NCBI RefSeq assembly: GCF_001194135.2
Contig: NC_068994.1
Location: 57,508,634 to 57,572,633, forward strand
Direction of reading: 5' to 3'
DNA length: 64,000 bases
Source of the DNA: Octopus bimaculoides
Lineage: Eukaryota
Part shown: in pieces, positions 1-14,390 of the stretch
Position numbering within the stretch: position 1 is the stretch's first letter
How the letters are laid out: each line of letters begins with the position of its first letter
Notes under the pieces: model-generated
Told to the model about the DNA's origin: nothing
What the model saw: only the letters and a program-made list of their open reading frames with translations
Database searches by the model: none
Position numbers and translations under genes: made by a program

Positions 1-343
1 TCAAGATCGCATAAAGACATTGAATAAACCGAATCAAATTGTTTTAAGATTTCTGCCGTTCTTTGTTTTGTCGTCAGATCAAACGAATATATTTATAAGA
101 GTGAATACTTAGCAAAGTGCACGATCATTAGACTTGATACACGAAGAATCATCTGTTATACGTCTATTACTTGTAATCTATATCTTGTTTAATTCACACA
201 TTTATTAGCGCTCATGCACTATGTATATTCGTGTGTATATGTGTGTACATATATACATATATACACAAATACAATCGCACACTTATACATATGTATACAT
301 ATGTGTATACATACATATATATATATATGTGTATATATATATA

Positions 344-520
344 TCCAGCTGAATATTGACACACACACACACCAAGGTAACAATTTATACGTCGATGGTA
401 TGATTAATACTATTTTGTGCCTCGATTTGGCAACAGTACTAATTTACCGGACCATAAACCCCTTGTTTTACAGACCGAAACCTTTCGTAGAGCATTTGGA
501 TACAGGTGACAAGATCTACC
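344..520. repeat. 177-bp dispersed repeat, second copy 11475-11651
   Basis: Two mismatches between the copies (ggtaacaattt vs ggtaaaagttt). Family unknown. Confidence 0.9.
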
Positions 521-553
521 GACAACGCACACACACACATACATACATATACG

Positions 554-589
<36 letters not shown>

Positions 590-1417
590 TATATATATTA
601 TATTATATATATNNNNNNNNNNNNNNNNNNNNNNNNNNNNNNNNNNNNNNNNNNNNNNNNNNNNNNNNNNNNNNNNNNNNNNNNNNNNNNNNNNNNNNNN
701 NNNNNNNNNNNNNNNNNNNNNNNNNNNNNNNNNNNNNNNNNNNNNNNNNNNNNNNNNNNNNNNNNNNNNNNNNNNNNNNNNNNNNNNNNNNNNNNNNNNN
801 NNNNNNNNNNNNNNNNNNNNNNNNNNNNNNNNNNNNNNNNNNNNNNNNNNNNNNNNNNNNNNNNNNNNNNNNNNNNNNNNNNNNNNNNNNNNNNNNNNNN
901 NNNNNNNNNNNNNNNNNNNNNNNNNNNNNNNNNNNNNNNNNNNNNNNNNNNNNNNNNNNNNNNNNNNNNNNNNNNNNNNNNNNNNNNNNNNNNNNNNNNN
1001 NNNNNNNNNNNNNNNNNNNNNNNNNNNNNNNNNNNNNNNNNNNNNNNNNNNNNNNNNNNNNNNNNNNNNNNNNNNNNNNNNNNNNNNNNNNNNNNNNNNN
1101 NNNNNNNNNNNNNNNNNNNNNNNNNNNNNNNNNNNNNNNNNNNNNNNNNNNNNNNNNNNNNNNNNNNNNNNNNNNNNNNNNNNNNNNNNNNNNNNNNNNN
1201 NNNNNNNNNNNNNNNNNNNNNNNNNNNNNNNNNNNNNNNNNNNNNNNNNNNNNNNNNNNNNNNNNNNNNNNNNNNNNNNNNNNNNNNNNNNNNNNNNNNN
1301 NNNNNNNNNNNNNNNNNNNNNNNNNNNNNNNNNNNNNNNNNNNNNNNNATCAGCCATTTTGTCAATGGCTGATATTTAGCAAGATGAGACACACATAAGA
1401 AGGAAGGAAACAAAGGA

Positions 1418-1457
1418 CCACTGATGAGGTCACAGAAGTGTGACGAAAGAACTCTGG
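1418..1457 (+). ncRNA. Candidate minimal hammerhead ribozyme motif
   Basis: CCA-CTGATGA-G-GTCACA[gaag]TGTGAC-GAAA-G[aa]CT-C-TGG. Confidence 0.45.
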
Positions 1458-1565
1458 CCGAAATAAGATTAAGATTAATGTAATATAAAGCTGAAGCAAA
1501 TTAACACCAAATATACAGTGCGTGTGTTTTTATTGGCTAAACTGGCAATATGACCATCCCCAAGT

Positions 1566-1604
<39 letters not shown>

Positions 1605-2092
1605 CCTATTTAAACGGTCATAATTTTCAAGGAAACGACTAAATTTAGCTTCGCCTCTTTCCTTTAAATGCTTTCAATTCTTCTTTGTCCCCATTTCACC
1701 GACCTTCATACAGATTTCAATATGATCGAAATAGCTTTCTATATCTGTAAATTATTGTATGAATAAATTAACATACATTACTGCGATTCTTGAATTGTGG
1801 ACTATTTTACTTTATTCCTTCCTCCCTATTTCCCCCTCTCCCTCTCCCTATAGTATACGAATATATGTATACATATTTCTATGTTTGTATATGTATACGT
1901 TTATACATACATGCTTATATTTATATGGGTATATACATTTCATATAGGATGTCAAAAGGTACAGATGCATTATATATATATATATTGACATATATGTAAG
2001 TATATAAATACACATAATTATATACATGATTACATCCAAAATTATATATATGTATGTGTATTTATACACATACGCATACAGACGTGTGTATG

Positions 2093-2134
<42 letters not shown>

Positions 2135-5100
2135 TGTGTGTGTGTGTGTGTGTGTATTTATGTGTGTGTACATCTATATATATATATATATTTATTCACA
2201 CACACATATATATATTTACATATATGTATGTATATATATATTCACATATATATGAATGTATATATATATGTGTGTGTGTTTATATATGTATGTATTTATG
2301 TAGATTACTTATCTAAGATTTTTTTTTTTTACCAAGAGACTTTTGTTGATTTTTATGTCCATCTTTCTTTTTTACAATGGCATCAGGCATAAATTTCACA
2401 ACGACCACTACCACCCGCCATCACACCCCTATTATACTCTCCATGTTTATAATTGATGTCCTGCGGGTGAATGGGAGCCTCACTCGGTAAAATTCTGATT
2501 ACACATCCATCCAAACTCTAAGACAGAAATTATAAGCAATGGATGGTAAATTCTTGTATTCGTAAGAATTGATTCGCGTAGTGGTAAGAATTGATAAAAA
2601 TTGGCACCGGACAAAATGAAGATATAACGTATGCCAGGCTTCCATATTTTAATCAACGCTGGAAGATTTTCACGTTTTGTTTTCTTACTTTTTTTCTTAT
2701 TATCTTTCATTTTTTTTTTTTTTTCGCATAAATATTTATGCTCAATTATTCAAATTTGGACAGTTGCTTCCAGAAATAATTCTCTTCAACTAAGAAACAC
2801 AGCAGTGTCTTAACGTAACTAAAAGGATGATGGAATTTCGCATGTTGTAATCTCTTCCACGCTGTGAGAGTTTAATGTAATAATTACAGTTTTTTAAAAA
2901 AATGATTGTATCATGAAAGGCAGAAAAGATTTCTCTCTGGGATGAGAAAATGTACAGTTCTTTTTCCCATATTTTGTTTATTGTAAGAANNNNNNNNNNN
3001 NNNNNNNNNNNNNNNNNNNNNNNNNNNNNNNNNNNNNNNNNNNNNNNNNNNNNNNNNNNNNNNNNNNNNNNNNNNNNNNNNNNNNNNNNNNNNNNNNNNN
3101 NNNNNNNNNNNNNNNNNNNNNNNNNNNNNNNNNNNNNNNNNNNNNNNNNNNNNNNNNNNNNNNNNNNNNNNNNNNNNNNNNNNNNNNNNNNNNNNNNNNN
3201 NNNNNNNNNNNNNNNNNNNNNNNNNNNNNNNNNNNNNNNNNNNNNNNNNNNNNNNNNNNNNNNNNNNNNNNNNNNNNNNNNNNNNNNNNNNNNNNNNNNN
3301 NNNNNNNNNNNNNNNNNNNNNNNNNNNNNNNNNNNNNNNNNATATATACACATATATATATATATATATTTTTATATATCCGAATATATAAATTTTATAT
3401 ATATTAATATACATATATCGATAGCAAGGTATATATATATTTACGTAAGTATGCATGTATATATATATATATATATTATATACATATATAAAAACACACA
3501 CACATATGTATATATACATGTATATGTACATATATATGTGTGTGTGTGTGTCTATTCATGTACATATAATTCTTTTTTTGAATTAGTGGATCGCGACGCA
3601 AACATTCAATACTTGTAGATCTTCTTTGAAAAATTTTCGGCTGCCCGGAGAATTCGGTTTTACCTGGTTTCAATGTGTTGCGTGAGTGAATCTACATAAA
3701 TTGAATTACTTCCCTTGGCTCTGCCATACCACACAAGCAATTGAGATTCACGTACCCACTGTTAACCAATAGGAAATAGCAAAATATTTACAACATTGTC
3801 TGTTTGATTACTCTATGTACTTCGTGTATGAAATTCTTAGTAAATGTGAAGTGTATAGACCGATCATTTTCTTATATAGATATACATGCTTATAAATATG
3901 AGTGCGTGTGTGTGTGTGTGTGTGTGTGTGGTTCAAAATTGTTCAAGAAACAATAAAACGTGTGTGCGCGCGCGTGTAAATAGCGTGTGTTACGAAATAT
4001 TAGATAGATTTAATATAGATCGACTATTTCCGAAGATCAAATACGTTGATTTTCGTCAAACATGCCGGAAATATTTTCTCGGGCTCTTTGACCGAGTGCA
4101 GAAATAGTTTGATCTGGTATAACGTTTAAGTGCAGTAGCATTGTCTTGCCTCGTCTTAGTACAATAAACTAATGCTGTCGATAGTCAATAGGAACAAAAC
4201 TGTTCGGAGTAAAATAGTTACATACGGAATGTGGTATTTATGCAAGAGAGCTTTTTTAATCAAAATGGTTTAGCAACAATATGTAACTTTAATTGAACGT
4301 CTGCTGAAGATCACGTGATATCTGTCATTCGTCGGACAATTAGAAATAATTAAATTTGTGTCTGACAGTATTCATTTTTCCGCTGAAATTAAATTTGAGT
4401 TATACCATACGATGTCTTTGGTCTTTTCTTATGGTTTGAGACTTCAGGTCAGCTGGTATTCTGAAACTTATTTGAACATCTGCTTGTGTTAAATACCTCA
4501 TAATAACAATGCAAAACGTTAATTAGGTGTTTATGTAAATATACATGCATATTTTCATATTAAAAATGATATTTCGCAGAAAAGGAGAGCTATTTTGGAG
4601 TATATGTTCATATATAATAATTTCATTATTATTTCTAACAATTTATGCCATGAATTAAAAATTTTATGCATATCCTCAAAAATAAGCTAAAATATTAAAG
4701 AATAAGAGCGAGACAAATTATTTGAAATGATTTAGTGAAGAGAGTTTTATTTTGCTATAACCGGAAGTATAATGGTAAAGAGAGGTTAATGCTCTGTGTT
4801 TCAGATTATTTTATTTTAATTTTTGGAGATCATGTTAACAGTGAATTTCAAATGTAATTAAATATTCCACTATATTTAAAACTGTATATGAGGAAATACT
4901 GTTGTTTAGATACGGATGAGCCTAAATTTTTCTTCATGTACCGAGCCAAGAGCGGTCGGCCATCATGGATCTGCATACTCTCACTGCTGTTTCATGCACA
5001 TTTTAGTGCATTATTTAGTTGAGCTTTCGAGAGCCAGATGGAAAGCCATCAAATACTTTTCCTCTCTGTTTTACTTTCTGTCCTCCGATCGTTACAAAGT

Positions 5101-6484
5101 TTACGAGTCCAATTTCTTCTCATACGATATCAAATAGTACAAGTCTATTTTGTCGTTACTTTTTCTTTCTTTTTTTAAGAAGTTTTCTGATCTAAAGTAA
5201 TCGATGTCCATCATTCAGTCTGAAGCTGACTTAAATAAAAAGGTTATATATTTCTGTCTCTATAAGAATCTTTACATGGCAAGGAAGAAAAAATAGTTAT
5301 TTCATTCGTTTCAATTTTTACATAACGATGACGTAAAGGTTGAGAGCGGCATTAGTCCGTCTTTACGTTCTAAGTTGAAATTCTGCCGAGGTCGACTTTG
5401 CCTTCAATCTTTCGGGGTCGATAAAATAAGCACCAATTGAGTACCGAGATCGATGTAACTGACTTACCCACTCGCCACAAAATTGCTGGCCTTGTGCCAA
5501 AATTTGAAAACAATATGAAGATGATATTTTCTGTGTAGAATAATTACTGTTATTTTGTGTTTGTGTCATTAAGTACGTTAAGGTAATATTACAAGTAAAT
5601 AAATATCTCTAATTACAGAGGAAGAAAATAAACTTATTAATTTTGATATTAATTTAATGAGAAAGTTTTTTCTATGTTTAGTACAGCTTCTATTGTTTAC
5701 GTGCATAGCACTAAGTACGCGAAGATAAATTCTGCAATTAGAGTTACGCAATCACACTCGTCTTATCTCCTCTTATAGATGTGTTTAGTGTTAAGTGCAT
5801 TGAGTTCAATTTCATAAATAATTAAGTTTATGTAAATTATGATCAGACAGAATATGGTAAATAATATCTAATTTTCCGAAATAATGATGGCAGGGGGTGG
5901 AGGGGCTAACTGTAAGAAAGGAATTTATTGAAGCAGCGCCGGAAAATATCAGGGACTAGGTTTGTGTGGAGGTATAGTATCATATATCAACAGTAATTAA
6001 ATTAAAATTACTTTTTTTAAAATATGGAGATTGATAAATTAATGGGTAATAAATTAGCGTTTTACAATAAGCACTTCTTAATATAATACAATAGTTAAGG
6101 CGGTGAGCTGGCAGAATCGTTAGCACGCCAGGAAAAATACTTAGCGGCAGCGTTCCGTTCGTCTTTACGTTCTGTGTTCAAATTACGCCGAGATCAACTT
6201 TACCTTTCATACTTTCAATCAAAGTACAAAGAACATGGCTGTTAAGACATTCTTGTAGCCCCGTGATTTCGGGTACTGTCCCACTGCGCAGCCACCTTGA
6301 GCAAGTGCTTTCTTCAACTCTAGGACCGGGCCGACCAATGACGTGGGAGGGAATTTAGTCGACAGAAAGTGTGTGGAATCTGTGTTGCTGCTGTTGTTGT
6401 TGTTGGTGGTGTTGGTGGTGGTGGTGGTGGTAGTGTTATTGTTTAGCTTTAAGTTAAATCTGATCGAATAAACTTTCGTTGAAA

Positions 6485-6605
6485 GACTCTTTCTCTCTTT
6501 CTTTCTCTCTCTGTCTATCTATCTTTCTCTCTCTATCGCGCTCTCTCTCTCTCTCTGTCTATCTCTCTTTATCACTTTCTCTTTATCGCTCTCTCTTTTT
6601 CTCTA

Positions 6606-6658
<53 letters not shown>

Positions 6659-6771
6659 GCATCTGTCTGTCTATCTATATCTATGTCTGTCTTCCTGTCT
6701 ATCTATCTACCTATCTATCTATCTCTCTATCTATCTATCTATCTATCTATCTCTACCTCTCTCTGTATATT

Positions 6772-6838
<67 letters not shown>
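6485..6838. repeat. Compound (CT)n/(TA)n/(TATC)n microsatellite, representative of dozens of (TA)n, (CA)n, (GATA)n and (GGAT)n tracts across the window
   Basis: Seen directly. Most N-gaps are flanked by such tracts. Confidence 0.95.
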
Positions 6839-6840
<2 letters not shown>

Positions 6841-8539
6841 CTCTTGCTTTAAAGCAGTAAGATATGAGTCGAGAAAATATCGTCTGCTATTTCTAACAGA
6901 TTAGCCGACTACTTCGATTTACGCTCACGGGTTTGGTTATCTAGCAACAAAGAAGAAATCTTACTTCACACGTTTGAGAACCGAGCGAAAAGTCTAATAA
7001 AAGACAGACAAAATAATCTCGAGGTGGTTGTAAAACATAAATTAAATCCACATAGGTCTAAAAGTCACCTTGCCGATCTTACGTGCTTCTAATCGCAATA
7101 ATACCATCATAGGTGATAGAGGAAATATTACTGAAATGTCTCTTTGGGTGTTGAGTATGTAAGCTAAGACACACGACATATTACGATCATGTTTATTCGG
7201 AAATGGCCATGAAATAGCCGTCCGTATAGATAGATTCATGGGAGAGGAAGCAAATTAGCAATGGCTGTCTAAAAGCTGATGTTAGCTGATGTATTGCTAA
7301 GAGGTACAAGTTATCAACTCGATACATCTAGAGCGTCCGTCATTTCAAATAACATCTCGGCGTTTTATCCGTACTGCATATTTCTCGAAAACGAAATCAA
7401 GTAATTATATGAAGCTTAACAAGTCTACAGTGAAGCGGTGAAGTTTGAATGGAGAGGAATGAAGGTTTGAAGCGAGCTGTGATGTTTTCAAAGGGAGTTA
7501 ATCAAATTAAAGCAGATAGACATTACATTTCTCTATAAGGAGTCTTTATTGTGAAGTATATCAAAAATGACTGCCGCTGATAAAAGCCTTTAGGTAAATG
7601 TCGTGGAGTTATAATTGCAAGACTTTTAAGGAAGTTTATAACAGAACGACATCCGTTAATAGCAAAAGACAGCTCGGAAAGAAATATCTTTATTGAATAA
7701 TGTTGTTACTGCGAAAATTGTTAGAAGACATGTCCATAGAATTGTAAATGGAAACATTGACGTTGAGAATATCAGAACTTTTCGGATATATACTGAATAA
7801 AGTTTCATGTTAGTTTTCAAACAAAATTCGGTTACACAATTTAAACTACAGCGTCTGATCACAAGATGTAAAATAATTTTTTAAAAACCACTGCGGTGAA
7901 CTTGCTACAAGGGAAAAAACGAAGTTATTGCAACGACAATAGCGATAGCAACGTTGACAATGATAGCAGCGATACGAATAGCCAACGGCGGATACGCTAC
8001 GTATCTGTTTGAACCGCTAGAAATAGCAGTCAAATTTACCTCAATTCAAAGCATAATAAATGAACGAGGATACGTGTCAAAATGTAGTTCACGACAGACA
8101 AAAAGACGAGATCTTCATTGTTTGTAAGTTTTTAAATAACAATAACATTACAACAACAACAACAATAATAATGATAGTAATCCTTTCTACTATAGGCACA
8201 AGGCCCGAAATTTTTAGAGAGGAGGGCAATGCATCCGGAAAATCAGAAGAGCTCCAAGCAAAATATGTTCTGATATATGGCTGCAACCACCGCTTTGTGT
8301 TTTGGGTTCAAATTCTTGAGAGGTTGAGTGTATCTTTCCTTTTCCCAGGAACTATAAATTAAGTACGAAAGAAGTACTGGAAAGTTGTGCTCTTCTGCCT
8401 GTCTTCTCCACCAATAGGTGATATTGAGTCTCTCTTGAAAGCTAGTTCCAGTCACCAACAGCAAGGTGATATTTACAACATAACCGTTTCTGGAGCGTAT
8501 GGGACACAAACATCCATTGCATTCTTTGCTACGAGTTAC

Positions 8540-8810
8540 TGTGTGCTAATGTGCGCAGTGATCAGCTGACATACATGCGTACACTTGTGTTGCAACCGGG
8601 ACTCCATCGGTTCTAGTTGATCCGATCAACGGAATAGCCTGCACGTGAGCACTCCACAGACACGAGTACCCTTAGTAAAGTTCTCAAGGAGATTCAGGAT
8701 GACACCGAAGTGGTAAAGCAGTCCCTTTGAATTACAGGTACAACTCATTTTTGCCAGCCGTGTGGACTGCAATGCAGCAACGTGAAATAAAGAAATAAAA
8801 TGTTCGGTTC
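8540..8810 (+). mobile_element. Dispersed repeat family C (other fragments 17257-17315, 49610-49745)
   Basis: Shared gcactccgtcg...ttccagttgatccgatcaacggaa.agcctgc.cgtga...cacgagtacc. Probably SINE or LINE 3'-derived. Confidence 0.6.
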
Positions 8811-9062
8811 CGAACTCACGGCCTTAAAACTGTAAACCTAACACCGAAAGCCCCAAGGCACGAACCTCCACTACTCGTGTTGTAGGTAGACATATGTAAA
8901 GAGAAACGAGAAGAGCTAGAATGGGATTGATAGAAGAGAGAAACGATACGGATAGAAGAGTCAACGATGTGATGTGTGAATGTTTCGGCAAGATTTTGTC
9001 TTTCATACAAACTATTTACCAGTAGGAGGAAAAAGATTCGAAGGGGGTTTCATGCCATATAT

Positions 9063-9144
<82 letters not shown>

Positions 9145-9415
9145 NNNNNNNNNNNNNNNNNNNNNNNNNNNNNNNNNNNNNNNNNNNNNNNNNNNNNNNN
9201 NNNNNNNNNNNNNNNNNNNNNNNNNNNNNNNNNNNNNNNNNNNNNNNNNNNNNNNNNNNNNNNNNNNNNNNNNNNNNNNNNNNNTATATATATATATACA
9301 CACACGATATGATCATATATACGATATGATTATATATAATTATATATGTGTGTGTGTATATATATATATGATTATATATATATAATGGTTATATATGCAC
9401 ATATATAAAAATTGG

Positions 9416-9454
<39 letters not shown>

Positions 9455-9499
9455 CATTATATACATATATATAATCATTATATACATATATATAATAAT

Positions 9500-9576
<77 letters not shown>

Positions 9577-10272
9577 GTAATAATTGCAGACCAAATTGAC
9601 ACGTGGCGCTATCTATAAACTCTATTTCCTGCCTTTTTCTGACATGCATAATTGACAATTTGTGCGCAGTTTTCTAACCAACAAGTTTTCTATGTGAAAA
9701 TTTTGAAATTTCCTGTCAATATCCTTTTAACGTAATGATTTATATAAGTATTCTTTTGTAGACACATCTAGCTAGCTATGGTATTGCTTAAATATACGTA
9801 TATTTCCTATTTATATACAATTTCATCTGAGATTGTGAGAATACCGTTGTGTGGAAGAGAAGCAATGAAACCCGGTATAAAGAGGCGCAATTGGTTGCGG
9901 TTTTTGTTTTAGTGATTGAGTAGCGAGAGATGTCAAGAGCCTACCCGATTTGATTTGTGGACATAGTTTGGAAGCAAAAACTTATGTGCGACTGTGTATG
10001 TGTACGTGTGTGTGTGTGTGCCTGGTGTACGTTTGCGTGTGTGTCTACGTGAGTGTGTGCGCACGCGTGTACATGTGTGTTTAGATGTATGTGCATGTAT
10101 GTATATGTATGTGCCTGTGTATGTTTGTGCATTTGTGCGAGTGTAAGTAGGTATGTAGGCAAATATATGTATATATGTATATATATGTATATATATGTAT
10201 ATATATGCATGATATATATATACATATATATACATATATATATATACATTATATATATACATATATATATAT

Positions 10273-10325
<53 letters not shown>

Positions 10326-10698
10326 NNNNNNNNNNNNNNNNNNNNNNNNNNNNNNNNNNNNNNNNNNNNNNNNNNNNNNNNNNNNNNNNNNNNNNNNNNN
10401 NNNNNNNNNNNNNNNNNNNNNNNNNNNNNNNNNNNNNNNNNNNNNNNNNNNNNNNNNNNNNNNNNNNNNNNNNNNNNNNNNNNNNNNNNNNNNNNNNNNN
10501 NNNNNNNNNNNNNNNNNNNNNNNNNNNNNNNNNNNNNNNNNNNNNNNNNNNNNNNNNNNNNNNNNNNNNNNNNNNNNNNNNNNNNNNNNNNNNNNNNNNN
10601 NNNNNNNNNNNNNNNNNNNNNNNNNNNNNNNNNNNNNNNNNNNNNNNNNNNNNNNNNNNNNNNNNNNNNNNNNNNNNNNNNNNNNNNNNNNNNNNNNN

Positions 10699-10738
<40 letters not shown>

Positions 10739-11025
10739 TCTAATATCGAACAGTCCGAATGCGTGTTCAACACCGCATTGTTGGATAAATATTATATATT
10801 TGTAGTTTAATAAGTCTACCAATAGTTTTATATGATGTCATCTTCACAAATGTTCAAGCGTGCCACATGGAAGTGTTGATACTCGTCTTTATTTTAGACA
10901 GGAATACACAACGTTACACGAGTTTACACGAGATTACACGAGCTTGCCAAAGATAAGGTATAACATGATTCAGAAAAAATATTATAATTTTAATCATGTA
11001 TGAAAGAACATCGTTCTTAGAATTG

Positions 11026-11305
11026 TGAGTGGGCATTTTGAGTTAAATTCTGGTGTCCTTCAAGGACCTATGCCGTCTCCCCAACATTTTGTGTTAGTGA
11101 TTGATTATGTAATGGCGGAAAAAACTGCAAGGAAGAGTTTGCGGAATATAGTTAACGTAAAAGAAGAAGCTGGTGTGCTAATCTAGATTCTGTTGTTGCC
11201 TTGGTGATGATTATAACAAAAGAAAGGCAATTAATATTGGCTACTTTAATAAGAGAGGAAAGCAATGTTGGTCTAATGAACTGTTCAAAGACAGAAATTA
11301 TGAAT
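11026..11305 (+). mobile_element. RTE-like LINE reverse transcriptase relic
   Basis: SGHFELNSGVLQGPMPSPQHFVLVIDYVM (RT GVxQG..SP motif), then LGDD and VGLMNCSKTEIM in shifted frames. Confidence 0.7.
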
Positions 11306-13284
11306 ATAATTTATGTCAACAGTCTAATTGCCGTATAGAAGGAAAAATAATAATATAAAAAAAAACTGCTGGTGACGTCAAGAACTTGGTGACTATATTT
11401 ACAGGCCATGGTTGATGTGCTTTGGAGTCTGAGGAAAGAAATAGAAAAGAAGAATGAATCATAAGCAATAATGGTCCAGCTGAATATTGACACACACACA
11501 CACCAAGGTAAAAGTTTATACGTCGATGGTATGATTAATACTATTTTGTGCCTCGATTTGGCAACAGTACTAATTTACCGGACCATAAACCCCTTGTTTT
11601 ACAGACCGAAACCTTTCGTAGAGCATTTGGATACAGGTGACAAGATCTACCCACAACCTCACTCTCCAGAATACAGCTGAAGTTTTTTGTTTATTGTTTG
11701 TATTTGTTTTCGATGTTGTTTCTTCTTTTTTTCTTTTTATTTTGTTTCCCATTGCTAAGATATGTTGAACGAGTAATAAGGGACAGTAATATAGCAGTCT
11801 TTTTTAAGGCCACAAGCTAACAGAATCGTTAGCAAACCCAGCAAAATGATTAGCGGCATTTCGTTGGTCTTTAAGTTCCGAGTTCGAATTCAGTCGAGTC
11901 CGACTTTGCCTTTCATCTTTTCACAGTCGATAAAGTAAGTACCAGTTGAACAGTGGGGTCGATGGAATCGACTTACACTCTCTCCCGAAATTGCTAAAAC
12001 GTGACACCAATATTTCAGCCCTTCTTACAGTGGCATCTTACATCGTTATTATTCTACTTTCTTCCCAGCAATAATACATTCGAGAAATAGAAAAACATGA
12101 CCACCACAACGGTATATATATTTTTTATTATCCTGATTGGTGACTTGTGACTAATTAGTCAAAAACTAAATCAACGTATATTACTCACGGAATCTTGTCT
12201 GTTGCTGACTGTTCGATAACTAAAACAAATTAATAATATTCCAGTTATAAAGCAATCAAAGAGTATAAATATCGATTTCTGTGAACCAGTCGCAACGATC
12301 GGTGGGAAGAAGTAGAATCGATTAAATCGAAACCAATATATTACTTGGACAGATAGATTTGTTTGATTTGTTAATCACCAGGTCAGATCTGATCGAACAA
12401 ATCTATGATCAAAGACTTTCCAGCTGTTACCATGCCATATTTCTTGTATAGTTAGGAACAACATCAAGCAATGTGTCCTTTTTAAGAGAGTAAGGAATGA
12501 GGTTACTGTTTCTTGCAGGTCGAGCGACCACGTGTTAGAGTCTTGTAAACACAGTAAATACAAATATTTCATAATATAGATAGATATGTATTCATATATA
12601 NNNNNNNNNNNNNNNNNNNNNNNNNNNNNNNNNNNNNNNNNNNNNNNNNNNNNNNNNNNNNNNNNNNNNNNNNNNNNNNNNNNNNNNNNNNNNNNNNNNN
12701 NNNNNNNNNNNNNNNNNNNNNNNNNNNNNNNNNNNNNNNNNNNNNNNNNNNNNNNNNNNNNNNNNNNNNNNNNNNNNNNNNNNNNNNNNNNNNNNNNNNN
12801 NNNNNNNNNNNNNNNNNNNNNNNNNNNNNNNNNNNNNNNNNNNNNNNNNNNNNNNNNNNNNNNNNNNNNNNNNNNNNNNNNNNNNNNNNNNNNNNNNNNN
12901 NNNNNNNNNNNNNNNNNNNNNNNNNNNNNNNNNNNNNNNNNNNNNNNNNNNNNNNNNNNNNNNNNNNNNNNNNNNNNNNNNNNNNNNNNNNNNNNNNNNN
13001 NNNNNNNNNNNNNNNNNNNNNNNNNNNNNNNNNNNNNNNNNNNNNNNNNNNNNNNNNNNNNNNNNNNNNNNNNNNNNNNNNNNNNNNNNNNNNNNNNNNN
13101 NNNNNNNNNNNNNNNNNNNNNNNNNNNNNNNNNNNNNNNNNNNNNNNNNNNNNNNNNNNNNNNNNNNNNNNNNNNNNNNNNNNNNNNNNNNNNNNNNNNN
13201 NNNNNNNNNNNNNNNNNNNNNNNNNNNNNNNNNNNNNNNNNNNNNNNNNNNNNNNNNNNNNNNNNNNNNNNNNNNNNNNNNNNN

Positions 13285-13367
<83 letters not shown>

Positions 13368-13984
13368 TGTATGTATATCTATATATATATATCTATATTC
13401 TTTAACTCTTTTTATTCTTTTATTTGTTTCAGTCATTTGACTGTGGCAATGCTGGAGCACCACCTTTAGTCGAACAAATCGACCCCGAGGCTATAGTAGA
13501 AGACACTTGCTCAAAGTGTCATGCAGGAGGACTGAACCGGAAATCATGTGGTTGGGAAGCAAGCTTCTTACCACACTCTTGCACCTATATATACAATTGT
13601 TATATATAAGATATACCGAATACAAATCCAGCATCTCAGCCCCTGCCAGCTAGGTCAACAGTTTTCTAAATTGCAAATATATTCACCAGTCTCCGGTTAA
13701 ACAGGATAGCAACTCGTTCACGTTTACATCAGCACGAAAGCTGAAACTTCGTTAGACCATAATACATTACTTCCATTCACCCTAAAAATGACCAGGCAAA
13801 CAAAATGTGTGTAATCCACGAATGCATCAAGATTTTTTTCTTTTAGCGTAGACTAAAGAGTAAGAAGATGTTGGATAAAATTGAAAGTAATACCGTAAAT
13901 ACTGCTACAAGATTTAATATCTTTCATGCCCAGAGAGAGTTGTTATTTCTTTTCAAACTCTGTGTTTTCTGATAATCAGGTTCC

Positions 13985-14390
13985 ACTGACGTGAAAGTAA
14001 TATCTATTAGCGATTCCACATCTGTTATTGCTAACTTCTCCTACATTACTTCAATTTGTCTTCAAGAACCACTGAAGCAACGGTTACTATAACAAATGAA
14101 CATATTAGGAATTTTATCAGCTAAAGGGAAACTGATGAGTTTGAAATAAACGTTGTTCTTCGTTGTTACCAGCTGACGCGATCTCCTTGATAATGTTGTT
14201 TTTACCTCCATTTCACAAAAACAACTTTCCGCAACAATTATTTCCCTGCCCCAGGATGTTTCTTTTTCATTGTTCATAAATAAATAATTATCTTCTGCTG
14301 GAATTATTCCCATCCATGGAAATTTCGTTAAAATTCTTTTCCGATTAAAAAAAATGCTTTTTTCACCTGTTTTATTTAAGTTTATGACAA
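13985..14390 (-). mobile_element. Decayed hAT transposase C-terminal (dimerisation domain) relic
   Basis: Across frames: PNMFIC, VTVAS..KLK*, ESLIDITFTSVE, resembling the hAT consensus PNV.I...PVTVASAERSFSKLK...ERL.DLA++SIE. Stops and frameshifts present. Confidence 0.45.

Noticed and set aside
2480-2710. 76-aa ORF with a YQFLP stretch vaguely like innexin
   Set aside because: No other family motifs and no convincing splice sites.
5038-5104. Minus-strand VNFVTIGGQKVKQRGKVFDGFP, with T1-like GG-x12-FP spacing
   Set aside because: A stop follows a few codons later, the YFFDR/GELH/CCW motifs are absent, and it lies downstream of the channel exons, so it could not serve them. Likely chance.
4916-5137. 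Plus-strand ORF with LVELSRARWKAIKY, reminiscent of GPCR TM3
   Set aside because: A single weak motif with no flanking TM pattern or further exons.
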